A stretch of DNA of 64,000 bases from IMG/VR virus record IMGVR_UViG_3300027733_000032; one strand, 5' to 3'. Source of the stretch: a virus. The notes beneath the pieces are model-generated. The model ran no database searches, was not told the origin of the DNA, and saw only the letters and a list, made by a program, of their open reading frames with translations. Each line of letters begins with the position of its first letter. Position 1 is the stretch's first letter. This document shows, piece by piece, positions 1-8,698 of the stretch. Made by a program: the position numbers and the translations under genes.

Positions 1-96
1 TATGAAAAAAATAATTTGGGTGATGATGACTACTTTTGTCGGCATTGCATGTTTTCTCTATGGTTTTTTTAGCGCGCCACAGAAGGTTATTAAAAA

Positions 97-426
97 ATGA
101 TTGCTAATACAGAACCAGAACCACTAATTGTTCTTGCTTTGGGACAAAAAAAGCCACAGCCAGTAATCAGTTGCTCCTACCAAGGAATTGAATTCACACA
201 TAACGGTGGCAGGTGGGGCGCAAGGCGTGAGTATGACACCGAGACAATCTCATTGTTTACTATCAAAGAGTACGAAGGAAGCAACACTCGCACCCACTCG
301 CTTGTTGCGGTCATTCCATCAGGACATCCGCTATTGGGGAATTTCGACTCTTACTCGGAGTTCTCGGCAATCGTGAAGTATCTAATCGAGCACTATTCTG
401 TAGAAAAGTATATTGAGGCATCGTGA
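97..426 (+). CDS. hypothetical phage protein
   Basis: 109-aa ORF whose stop overlaps the next start (GTGA); no recognisable motif. Confidence 0.55.
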   Translation: MIANTEPEPLIVLALGQKKPQPVISCSYQGIEFTHNGGRWGARREYDTETISLFTIKEYEGSNTRTHSLVAVIPSGHPLLGNFDSYSEFSAIVKYLIEHYSVEKYIEAS

Positions 427-641
427 ATAACGAAGAATTGTTTGAAGAAAACGAATTCATTGACCTAGACAACCCCAATAACGCCCCAGTTCATTTTGCT
501 ATGGAACGCTGGAATATTTGCATGTCGTGCGACAGGCTTTTAAAAGTTACTCGCCAATGCAAAGAGTGTGGATGCTTTATGAAGGTTAAGGTCAGACTCA
601 AGAACTCATCGTGCCCATTGGGCAAATGGGGACAAGCCTAA
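423..641 (+). CDS. small Cys-rich (probable metal-binding) phage protein
   Basis: CxxC...CxxCGC...CPxGKW pattern (CMSC, CKECGC, CPLGKW), a common small phage protein pattern. Confidence 0.65.
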   Translation: MNNEELFEENEFIDLDNPNNAPVHFAMERWNICMSCDRLLKVTRQCKECGCFMKVKVRLKNSSCPLGKWGQA

Positions 642-644
642 TTC

Positions 645-1448
645 TCAGCACTCTGAGTGTGCATCTATAAAGGAAATCAATTTCCCTGCAGTTGTATCTC
701 CGTCGTATGCTGATTCATTTCTAAGCCACTTGATAAAGTCGTACCAACGGCGCTGCTGCTCTGGTTCATCAAAGACAATGGTGTATTGAACAACCGCCTT
801 GGGAGCATTAGGTACTTGCATCTGATTGGTTACAAGTCCGCTACCACGCACGGCGACGTCGTCGTGTGAGACGTTTGAAGGGGCAACAATCTGTCGCTCA
901 CCTTCATCGTCCTCTCTTACTAAAGAAGAAAGAATGTGGGCCCCAATGTCCGCAATAGGTTGAATTACAGGGGTCATATATTCGGAGCGTGATGCTTGTT
1001 CTGGCATACGTTCCTGTTCGTACATATTCTCTTCCATGGATGCAATTTCAAAATCGTCCCAACCGAGGCCATCGAGAAGTTCTGAATAATCCTCAACGAT
1101 TTCACCAAGAAGGTCGGTAATAAGAGCGGAGTCAGAGCGACCAAGTTCAGATGTTCTGTTGTCTGCCAACGCAAACGCAACAGCCCTAGAGTCATCGGCG
1201 TCATATTGGATTGCGGCAATATGGGTCCAACCCAATTTCTTAGCCGCCATGACCTGATGGTTCCCAGCAATGATTGTGGAGGTTCCATCGTCATTGGGTC
1301 TGACGACAATCGGTCGTAACTGTCCGAACTCTGCATATGAGGCCATAATTGCATTGACATTTCCGGTTCTTGGGTTTCCACTGAGATGTTCCAAGGTCGT
1401 TATGTCCACAGCAAAATCTTCTAAGGATTTATCAATTTTATGATTCAT
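645..1448 (-). CDS. ParB/Srx-like N-terminal domain protein
   Basis: NPR...SYAEFGQLRPIVV...IIAGNHQVMAAKKLGW...ALADNRTSEL, the ParB-like nuclease fold motif of phage ParB proteins. Confidence 0.8.
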   Translation of the reverse strand: MNHKIDKSLEDFAVDITTLEHLSGNPRTGNVNAIMASYAEFGQLRPIVVRPNDDGTSTIIAGNHQVMAAKKLGWTHIAAIQYDADDSRAVAFALADNRTSELGRSDSALITDLLGEIVEDYSELLDGLGWDDFEIASMEENMYEQERMPEQASRSEYMTPVIQPIADIGAHILSSLVREDDEGERQIVAPSNVSHDDVAVRGSGLVTNQMQVPNAPKAVVQYTIVFDEPEQQRRWYDFIKWLRNESAYDGDTTAGKLISFIDAHSEC

Positions 1449-1504
1449 TATTATTCTCCATTTCTCATGAACCTAACCACTTTAACTCTAGCAATTTAAC
1501 GCCA

Positions 1505-1852
1505 TTACGGCCCTACCTGAGCCCTTACGTTTGCATTGAGCGTACGCATTGCATCAATCGACGTACGAAGGGAGAGGAGTTTTTCACGTTTGGCCTTAAC
1601 TAGGCTTTCAGAAATCTTATAATCAAAATGTTCGTCAGCAAGTTTATATTCTGCCCAAGCCTCACGTTCTTTGATTGAACCTTTTGCAGAGAGATATTCT
1701 TTCGCCCAGTTCGATTTATACAATGCTTCTTTTTTTGCAGCGTCACCAGCAAGTTTTTCAAATGCTTCAGTCTCTTCTTCTAGCATGTCGAGGAGGCGGA
1801 GCATCTCGTTTTCAATATCAATTTGACTGATTGGTCCATTACGTATTCCCAT
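1505..1852 (-). CDS. helical hypothetical protein (possibly UvsY-like recombination mediator)
   Basis: 115-aa coiled-coil ORF coupled to ruvC; the UvsY resemblance is weak inference. Confidence 0.55.
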   Translation of the reverse strand: MGIRNGPISQIDIENEMLRLLDMLEEETEAFEKLAGDAAKKEALYKSNWAKEYLSAKGSIKEREAWAEYKLADEHFDYKISESLVKAKREKLLSLRTSIDAMRTLNANVRAQVGP

Positions 1853-2375
1853 GAGGAGCGCCCGTTTCCATTATCGGTGACCAATCAACATTCTTCAATG
1901 CATCAAGGCTCACTTTTGGCCAATCATAGTGCCCCATACCCAGTGCTGTCCAGCCCATCTCCTCTAGCAACCATGCGTCAACCTCGTCATCGGCACCCTT
2001 ACCAGACCAAACTATCCCAGTTCGTGCAGAGACAGCAGAAATGACTTCAGTCTTTGCGGCGTTCCCTCGCCCTGTAGCAAACTTTGCTCGACAAGTTGGC
2101 GGAACGTCTACGTGAGGGATGCCCAATTCAAACAACATTAGACGAATAACGCCACCCAATTCACCTATTTTGTGCGACTGTGAATTTCTAGCAGCAAAAG
2201 CATAACCCTCAACAACAACGCAAGTTACCTGATTTTCTACAATAATTCTATTAACTTCTTTGCGAATATCGTAAAGGCGCTGAGATTCTTTGGTCTTGAC
2301 GGCAATTGAACCTGTTTTATTATTAATTGCCCATCCTGTTGATGTCAAAGATAAATCAAGTCCCAATATACTCAC
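1839..2375 (-). CDS. ruvC: RuvC-like Holliday junction resolvase
   Basis: ILGLDLSLTSTG, VVVEGY, GRGNAAK and DDEVDA acidic catalytic motifs; probable GTG start at 2375 (ORF track extends to 2426). Confidence 0.88.
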   Translation of the reverse strand: MSILGLDLSLTSTGWAINNKTGSIAVKTKESQRLYDIRKEVNRIIVENQVTCVVVEGYAFAARNSQSHKIGELGGVIRLMLFELGIPHVDVPPTCRAKFATGRGNAAKTEVISAVSARTGIVWSGKGADDEVDAWLLEEMGWTALGMGHYDWPKVSLDALKNVDWSPIMETGAPHGNT

Positions 2376-2423
2376 AGTGAGAGCATAGTGCATATTCTCA
2401 ATATGAAATGAACGCATAAATAG

Positions 2424-2455
2424 CAAAAACGGCGGAGGATAATCCTCACGCCGTT
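2424..2455 (-). terminator. intrinsic terminator
   Basis: stem aacggcg-gaggat / atcctc-a-cgccgtt followed by a U-tract on the minus strand, just downstream of 2512..2868. Confidence 0.7.
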
Positions 2456-2511
2456 CTCACTACTACCTTGTCGGGTTTAGTTCTTGTTTATAAAACTATT
2501 GTACATTAATT

Positions 2512-2868
2512 TTAATAGTCAAAATCTACCCATATACCAATAGTCAAATCTTCTCCTGGAATTTCCGTTCCAACCCTGTCAATATCGACCACGATAATAT
2601 CGCCTAAGGCAAATTTATTATTAGCCGCCGTTCCCGCAGCCGAAGAATATGCCCCTACCGCTATGGTTGGCCTGTTTGCTTGGGTGGTAAATACTGTCGT
2701 ATCCGCGATGTTGATGTCGACAATGATTGTTGCACCAGATGCTGGAGTACCCACTGAGGTGTATACGCCAATAATTTTTCCGCTAGCAGGCATTCTTGCC
2801 GAGGTGCGTCTTTTTGCTGCGGATAGTTCTCCACCAACACATAGGGTTATTAGTTGTTTGGCCATCAT
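2512..2868 (-). CDS. beta-rich virion protein, possibly capsid decoration/cement (paralogue 1)
   Basis: Ala/Thr/Val-rich beta pattern; aligns by eye with the N- and C-terminal parts of 2957..3595. Confidence 0.5.
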   Translation of the reverse strand: MMAKQLITLCVGGELSAAKRRTSARMPASGKIIGVYTSVGTPASGATIIVDINIADTTVFTTQANRPTIAVGAYSSAAGTAANNKFALGDIIVVDIDRVGTEIPGEDLTIGIWVDFDY

Positions 2869-2902
2869 CTTTTTTCTTATTTAATAGTTAAGTGATAAAG
2901 CA

Positions 2903-2930
2903 GAAAGCGGGAGGTCTCCCTCCCGCTTTC
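2903..2930 (-). terminator. 11-bp hairpin (terminator or mRNA-stabilising stem)
   Basis: gaaagcgggag-gtctcc-ctcccgctttc perfect inverted repeat between 2957..3595 and 2512..2868; U-tract is weak. Confidence 0.6.
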
Positions 2931-2956
2931 ATACAAATTACTGAATTATTTACGAA

Positions 2957-3595
2957 TTAGAAGCGGCCAGCGTCAAGTCCGCCAACTGCAAGCGTTGTAG
3001 ACGCTGCTTCCTTGTATCTGATTGCAAGCGTGTAACCAGAACCGGCGACTGTCGAGCCAACTGAATCACAGTCAAAAGAAAGAACTGCGCCTCTTGGAAC
3101 GATGACTGGCGAGGTGGTGCAGACGATAGTTCCGCCACTGCTATAGGTACCTGGAGTGCCAACGACGCCAGTAACAGTGACTGTCGTCGAAGTAACTGCA
3201 GAAACCTGCTTGTCGGTAAAGTTGTAAGGCACTGCGCTACCTGCTGAAACAGTGACTCCCGAAACAGTAACCTTGTCGCCGACCTTGAAAAGGTGACCAG
3301 CGGCAACGGTGTAAACAGCGGTTGGTCCGGCACCATTGACGGCACCGCTGATGGTGCCATTCTTGCGAATGACAGCGGCTGTAGCCGGCACGAATGTCGT
3401 GGCGGATACGGAAAGACCAGCGGCAAGGATGCTGGTTCCGTCAGATTCAATGTCGAAAGTCGCAGCGGAGCCAGTGGGGGCGGTGTTTAACTGCAACGTC
3501 GCGCTAAGAATTTCTGCGCTGAACGGCATTACGAGTGCAACCTTTTGAGCAGCGGTCAGTGCTGCTGTATCATTAAAAACAAATGCTAGCGTCAT
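2957..3595 (-). CDS. beta-rich virion protein, decoration-like paralogue 2 with an inserted beta domain
   Basis: MPFSAEILSA...TAPTGSAATFDI...SFDCDSVGST matches 2512..2868; insertion HLFKVGDKVTVSGVT...YN is typical of phage structural proteins. Confidence 0.55.
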   Translation of the reverse strand: MTLAFVFNDTAALTAAQKVALVMPFSAEILSATLQLNTAPTGSAATFDIESDGTSILAAGLSVSATTFVPATAAVIRKNGTISGAVNGAGPTAVYTVAAGHLFKVGDKVTVSGVTVSAGSAVPYNFTDKQVSAVTSTTVTVTGVVGTPGTYSSGGTIVCTTSPVIVPRGAVLSFDCDSVGSTVAGSGYTLAIRYKEAASTTLAVGGLDAGRF

Positions 3596-3782
3596 TATTT
3601 TCTCCTACTTTTAAGGGCCCTTTCTGGGCTATTAAAACTTTACTACAAAATGATTGACCGTTAGCAGAAGTATTGCATTAATCCCAGGAATGTTTTGCTG
3701 GGCTAAGTTTGAATGGTGACGAAAGATGATTCATAATTTTCTAGGAGCAAGTAGGATATAATGAAAATAAAAGGATGTTCGC

Positions 3783-4079
3783 ATGCCAGGACCACTCGTA
3801 GTCAAGCACTCACACGTAACCTTGTCAAACACGACCGCTGCCGCCGCCCTATTTGATGATGGTGATGATGTGAATTATAGTGTTACTTTTATTGTTCAAA
3901 ATATTCATGCAACAGCAATAGTGTATATTGGCGGCGCTAGCGTCACATCTTCTAATTATGGCATCAAAATAGCACCTAACGAAAAAATTGATTTTACAGA
4001 AATGCCTCGATACCCTGGTATTTATGCCATCAGTGATACTAATGCATCAAAAATATCAGTAATGCGGATGAGTAAGTAA
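3783..4079 (+). CDS. small beta-rich hypothetical (possibly structural) protein
   Basis: 98-aa ORF with an upstream TATAAT at ~3760 and AAGGA; VYIGG...GIKI pattern. Confidence 0.6.
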   Translation: MPGPLVVKHSHVTLSNTTAAAALFDDGDDVNYSVTFIVQNIHATAIVYIGGASVTSSNYGIKIAPNEKIDFTEMPRYPGIYAISDTNASKISVMRMSK

Positions 4080-4102
4080 TTAAGATTATTTACAAACAGG
4101 CA

Positions 4103-4480
4103 CTAAGCCCAAGAATGTTTAGCCAAGCCAAGTTCGAACGCCAAGGCAGGGTGGTTCCCTATCCTCATATGGCACGAGCGGCACACGCACAATAAATTTG
4201 ATTCATCAATAATTGAACCGCCCTGGGAGCGCCTAACGAGTTCATGTACATCGACGCTACCCATTCTTACGTAGGTCGCCTTTTCGTCATGCTTGGCGAA
4301 AACAGGACACGCTTGGCAGTATGGGAATTTTTCAAGCATTCGTACAACGACTTTTCTTCGCTCTACATATTCTGCTTCTTTTTTCTTGCTTCTAAAACGC
4401 ATAACTGCCTTTCTATAGGGATGATACGTCGATATTATCAAATTCCCACTTGTTTTGAAGCGACGCCCAGAGTGCTTCAT
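4103..4480 (-). CDS. HNH endonuclease
   Basis: CQAC...DVHE...GGS...NLLCVCRSCH; real start probably the internal Met of MRFRSKKK. Confidence 0.85.
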   Translation of the reverse strand: MKHSGRRFKTSGNLIISTYHPYRKAVMRFRSKKKEAEYVERRKVVVRMLEKFPYCQACPVFAKHDEKATYVRMGSVDVHELVRRSQGGSIIDESNLLCVCRSCHMRIGNHPALAFELGLAKHSWA

Positions 4481-4973
4481 CTATCGAAGTTGGCTCCATA
4501 TCGTTTTCTGTCAACAGTTGACGATGTGCAGAAATTGCACGTTTCAGGAATTCGACTTGTTCCCAGCCAGTTGAGTGCATGATTGAGCCGGTTTCAATCA
4601 TTTTCGTTATTTCATCAAGTTTTTTATTAACATGAAACTTGAAACGTTCAATTTTTGTTCGCTTGTTCTTATATGAATGCTCTGCCTGCTGGAGTAAATT
4701 TCTCTTACTCCCGTAGCGAGACTCAATCTCTGAAAAACGCCGAAAATCAGCAGTCTCGTCTTCGTGCAAATCTTCCAGTTGTTCTTCGAGATTATTAATT
4801 AACACAAGCAGGCACTTCTGCCACTTCTGCCAATTTTCTTTTTCCATAAGGATGCTTTTTTGCGATGACGATAATTTGTTTTTCACATCCTCCGCAACCA
4901 TATAGGCAAACATGTCGTCACTAATCATTCTGTTCATTTCTTCCATCCTGGACATATCGTCTTGTAAGCACAC
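4413..4973 (-). CDS. coiled-coil hypothetical protein
   Basis: 186-aa helical ORF coupled to its neighbours; real start probably ~4937. Confidence 0.6.
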   Translation of the reverse strand: MCLQDDMSRMEEMNRMISDDMFAYMVAEDVKNKLSSSQKSILMEKENWQKWQKCLLVLINNLEEQLEDLHEDETADFRRFSEIESRYGSKRNLLQQAEHSYKNKRTKIERFKFHVNKKLDEITKMIETGSIMHSTGWEQVEFLKRAISAHRQLLTENDMEPTSIDEALWASLQNKWEFDNIDVSSL

Positions 4974-5725
4974 CAGTCACATAGGCGCGTTTTATTGTAT
5001 TTAAATTCACCAGTTCTACATGCCTCTTCTACCATTTCATGGCTTTCGGATACATATTGAATGATTCCCTCATTGCTTTCTTCGGTTAATTGATAGGTGA
5101 AATTGACCCCATCCTTAAGATACAACAACTGAAGTTCGGTGATATTTGGGACTTCTTTTGATAATAGTGCAGCATAAATTCTTAATTGAATGAATTTATC
5201 TTCAACATAGTTTTTGCTAGGTTTTTTGCCAGTCTTGTAGTCGGAAATTCTAACTTTTCCATCCTCTATGCCCTCGTAGCGGTCGATAAAACCTTTAACT
5301 GTGGCTTTCCCCAGAGGACCATTGAGTTCACTTTCTATCCCTTGAGGAAACACTTCTTTTGGATTTTCGACTTTCCATAAATTCTCAAGACACCACCATG
5401 CGCTCCAACGGAATTTAAGCATTTCGTCGGCGCGAACATAGCCACGAATTCTATTTTCCCAATCCGAACGATGCCATACCGTTGACGCAAGCGATTTTAC
5501 GGATGTAATTGTTCTTTCTTCATTGGGTAGCACATAGAAGTCCTCTAATATTTCATGAACAAAGTTGCCCAGCAGGGTGGCCGACGATGGCTGGTCGGGG
5601 ATTTTGTCAATCTTGTTGAACTTGAACTTCAATGGGCACTGCCTGAAGGTACTCATTGAAGATGGCGACAAATATGGTGGCATTGCATAAACAAAGCCAG
5701 TGGGGATTTCCTTTTCCTCACTCAC
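4934..5725 (-). CDS. PD-(D/E)XK exonuclease, RecB/Cas4-like family
   Basis: LSPSS..FRQCP, LGNFVHEILE, KGFIDRY, ISDYKTG, QLRIYA, CDWCAYKTIC (four-Cys cluster); probable GTG start at 5725. Confidence 0.88.
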   Translation of the reverse strand: MSEEKEIPTGFVYAMPPYLSPSSMSTFRQCPLKFKFNKIDKIPDQPSSATLLGNFVHEILEDFYVLPNEERTITSVKSLASTVWHRSDWENRIRGYVRADEMLKFRWSAWWCLENLWKVENPKEVFPQGIESELNGPLGKATVKGFIDRYEGIEDGKVRISDYKTGKKPSKNYVEDKFIQLRIYAALLSKEVPNITELQLLYLKDGVNFTYQLTEESNEGIIQYVSESHEMVEEACRTGEFKYNKTRLCDWCAYKTICPGWKK

Positions 5726-6578
5726 CCTTATCGTGCATGAGTTCTGAGCCAGGGAAAAGAATCTTCGTGGACTGCTCAATGAGCGCCATGACTCCATGAA
5801 TAGTTACTGTTTCTCGCGTTGGCTTCGGCTGTCCATTGGCGAACTCGCCCCAGAATCGGGAAAGTTCCTCCTTTTGCGTAGAGTCAAACTGCTTGCTCAA
5901 TTCAATGAACTTCGACCAAAGTGCGGAGATTTTGGGGTCTACTTCAATAACCGGATTACTTACGGCATGGTCACGCTCGATTTCAAGACTAAGCGCCTCG
6001 TCGGAACGAGCAAGATATAGAGCCACGCCAAGTTGCTGGGCGGCCTTTTTTAGCGCATCAGAAACAGCGCCCTTGAATTCATCACCAAGGTCAACAATGT
6101 CGCCTTGTTTTGTGCGCTTAATTTTCTGACCGCCGAAACCGTCTTTTTGGACCATTCTGAAGTTGTCATCCATATGGATATTTAATCGAACATGAGCCAC
6201 GATGAAATCTGGGTCAAGGGCATCCCTTTCGCATCTAATAATTTCGGATGACCACCCGTGTATCCCGAAAATCCTATTCAAACGTGCAATTACTTCGCTG
6301 ACAGGAATGTAAACAAGAGTCGTACCACCCTTACGAAGTTCGCGCTCCATCTCTGGGGGAAAGGGTTCGCTGAGTTCGGCCTGAATGCGCTCGTTCTCAA
6401 TTTTTAATTCCCGTGCAAACTTTGCTTGGCGCTCGTCAGTCTTGCGCCAATGCTCCTCTTCCCAATTATCGTCACGTGAAGCAATATCATGAGCAATATT
6501 CATTTTCTTTATCCCCTTATCGTTAATTATGTTGTCGGTTTCCGACTGTTCTGATTGTTGTTTTTTGGCAGACGCCAC
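5718..6578 (-). CDS. Rad52/Rad22 (Sak-like) single-strand annealing recombinase
   Basis: YIPVSEVIARLNRIFGIHGWS...KDGFGG...FKGAVSDALKKAAQQLGVALYL, the Rad52 family signature. Confidence 0.85.
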   Translation of the reverse strand: MASAKKQQSEQSETDNIINDKGIKKMNIAHDIASRDDNWEEEHWRKTDERQAKFARELKIENERIQAELSEPFPPEMERELRKGGTTLVYIPVSEVIARLNRIFGIHGWSSEIIRCERDALDPDFIVAHVRLNIHMDDNFRMVQKDGFGGQKIKRTKQGDIVDLGDEFKGAVSDALKKAAQQLGVALYLARSDEALSLEIERDHAVSNPVIEVDPKISALWSKFIELSKQFDSTQKEELSRFWGEFANGQPKPTRETVTIHGVMALIEQSTKILFPGSELMHDKGE

Positions 6579-7078
6579 TACAGTTTTTCTTTACTAATAA
6601 CAACGCTGATTTTTCCTTCAGATTTTTGGCAATAATCATCAGCACTAATACCAATTTTATTTAATTCCCCAACTCGCCAATAAGAGGGGGCCGCATATTC
6701 CAGCATCTTCTGCATCATTTCCAGGGGAGACGCTAACACTTCTCCCGTATCAATGTCAATAGATGATTGATAAACGCGATTGGAAACTTCTGCAGCAAGA
6801 CCCTTGTGGTCCCATGACTTCCTGTCACTACCAATTCTTCTTTCGGCAAGGAAGCCGTCGGGAAGGGACACAAACGATTCGTTCATACGGTCCGCCACCA
6901 ATGTCTCTGTGTGTTCATTCAACATTGCAATATCCTTTTTCAAGGAATTAATTGCTGAATAGATTAAACAAGACTCTGTGATGTCTGCGCCATCCGATGT
7001 TATTGCATCGACGATATCGGCACTCGCTTCTCCAATAAGTCGGCGGATTTCCTCAATTAACTCAACTGGAGTAGCCAT
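6578..7078 (-). CDS. hypothetical phage protein
   Basis: 166-aa ORF in the recombination operon with an AGGAAGG SD upstream. Confidence 0.65.
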   Translation of the reverse strand: MATPVELIEEIRRLIGEASADIVDAITSDGADITESCLIYSAINSLKKDIAMLNEHTETLVADRMNESFVSLPDGFLAERRIGSDRKSWDHKGLAAEVSNRVYQSSIDIDTGEVLASPLEMMQKMLEYAAPSYWRVGELNKIGISADDYCQKSEGKISVVISKEKL

Positions 7079-7101
7079 AGTACCTTCCTGGTTGCAACTT
7101 C

Positions 7102-8406
7102 CTAGACGATGATACCTATGCGCTTGCGCTGTGGCAACCCCAAGCCCGTCAAATGTGTAAAACCTCCAACCACGGAGTCAACCTGGTCGTCGTGGTCGCA
7201 GGCTTCCGGGAAAGATGAAAGTTCATCCATCCAATCCGTAAGCCAAGTTGCCCGCACGCACCGGACGTTGCCATTCGCCACTGCTGCGGCAAACGGCATT
7301 GCTCGTGTCGTTTTATCACCAGTTGAACGAATTCCCATGAAATCGTAACCACTCAGTACGTATCGGGCATATTGGTCGACTAAAGCCTTACCTGATGAGC
7401 CTGGCTCCTGCTCCATGCGTATTGCTACAGCGTGACCATCTTCGTATGCCGTTTGAGCAATCAACTGCTCAACTTTCTCCCCACGCACTCGCGCTTTCTT
7501 TACGTCAAGCACGTAGGTTATGCCTTGGTCAAACAAAACCAAGGTGCCGACTGTCCAGTCTGGATTGGGGTTGCTGTGTGAAGGCTCTGTGGCAGCAAGG
7601 TCCCAGAATCGTACAGCCCTGGCGGACGTGGTAATTTTTGGCATATCCTCGTTGTCGATAATTACTATATTTTCACGGTCAAACATCGACCCAAGTGTGG
7701 TTGCCCACCAGTCACCATCTTCTAGGCGCTTTCGTTCCACTGGGTCCAATGCTTGAAGTGCGGCGCGATAGGAGTCAGCGTCAATTCCGGGGTTGTCGGT
7801 CAGTTTTGATGGGACGAATATTCTACCCTTGTCATGCCCTTCAACGATAAAACGTTGCCGAACCCAGTTAGGCGCAGGGTTGCATGCTGAACGCATTCTC
7901 AATGGGACTTGGGATAGTGGTCCAGATACTGGTCGACGGAGACGAGAGAACATGTATCGATAATCATTTTCTCGTATTTCCGTAACTTCGTCCATCCCAA
8001 TAAATTGGAATTCGGCACCTTTGTAGCGCAGGTAGTCTTGTTGATTGTTGAGATAACCAAAAGAAATTCTAGCGCCCGACGGGAATACTGCCGTATAGTT
8101 ATTCGCGTTCCAGCGAACGTCATCATATGGGGCCATCCAGTTAATAAACCGGTCCATGATGGCTCCAGGGAGAGCAAGGTCGGCATACGTACGGCGGAAA
8201 ATGATTGCTGAATAATTAGGTATATCTACATACTGAAGAGCGGACATAAGGAGTGCGGACGACTTGCCCCCGCCTGCTGCTCCGCCAAATAGGGCTTCTA
8301 GTGAGTAGGTGCGCAGGAAAACCTTTTGAGTCATTGATGCTTCTTCTGGGCAGAAAGGCGGCAGTTTTGGCTGCAAAAAAGCAAGTACACTATTCCAATC
8401 TGTCAT
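7102..8406 (-). CDS. terL: terminase large subunit
   Basis: Walker A GGAAGGGKS, Walker B FIGMDE, C-terminal RNase H-like RFWDLAA...HDDQVD. Confidence 0.93.
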   Translation of the reverse strand: MTDWNSVLAFLQPKLPPFCPEEASMTQKVFLRTYSLEALFGGAAGGGKSSALLMSALQYVDIPNYSAIIFRRTYADLALPGAIMDRFINWMAPYDDVRWNANNYTAVFPSGARISFGYLNNQQDYLRYKGAEFQFIGMDEVTEIRENDYRYMFSRLRRPVSGPLSQVPLRMRSACNPAPNWVRQRFIVEGHDKGRIFVPSKLTDNPGIDADSYRAALQALDPVERKRLEDGDWWATTLGSMFDRENIVIIDNEDMPKITTSARAVRFWDLAATEPSHSNPNPDWTVGTLVLFDQGITYVLDVKKARVRGEKVEQLIAQTAYEDGHAVAIRMEQEPGSSGKALVDQYARYVLSGYDFMGIRSTGDKTTRAMPFAAAVANGNVRCVRATWLTDWMDELSSFPEACDHDDQVDSVVGGFTHLTGLGLPQRKRIGIIV

Positions 8407-8486
8407 GTTCTACCTCTGAGGCTAATTTTTGTATTAGATTGCCGTTACAAGAAACCGACAACAATGGACGAGAAACACATTAACAC

Positions 8487-8696
8487 ATGAAAAATATTCT
8501 ACGCCGCCTGCTCGGCCCATGGGACCCAGCATCACTACTAGGTCGTTTATTCATGCGTTCCACAGCCGCCAATGTAATGATGGTATTGTTTATATTATTG
8601 ACTAGCGTTGGAACAGTATTAATCTCGCCTCCCGTGGGCCTCATTGTAGCGGGTGTAACTTGTGGAATCTACGGCTATTTGTTGGGCTCTGAATAA
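8487..8696 (+). CDS. small membrane protein preceding portal
   Basis: two hydrophobic segments; same position as in HK97-like head modules. Confidence 0.65.
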   Translation: MKNILRRLLGPWDPASLLGRLFMRSTAANVMMVLFILLTSVGTVLISPPVGLIVAGVTCGIYGYLLGSE

Positions 8697-8698
8697 TT

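Noticed and set aside
7102-8406. Intein or intron in the terminase
   Set aside because: Length (434 aa) and motif spacing are normal; no intein C/HN motifs
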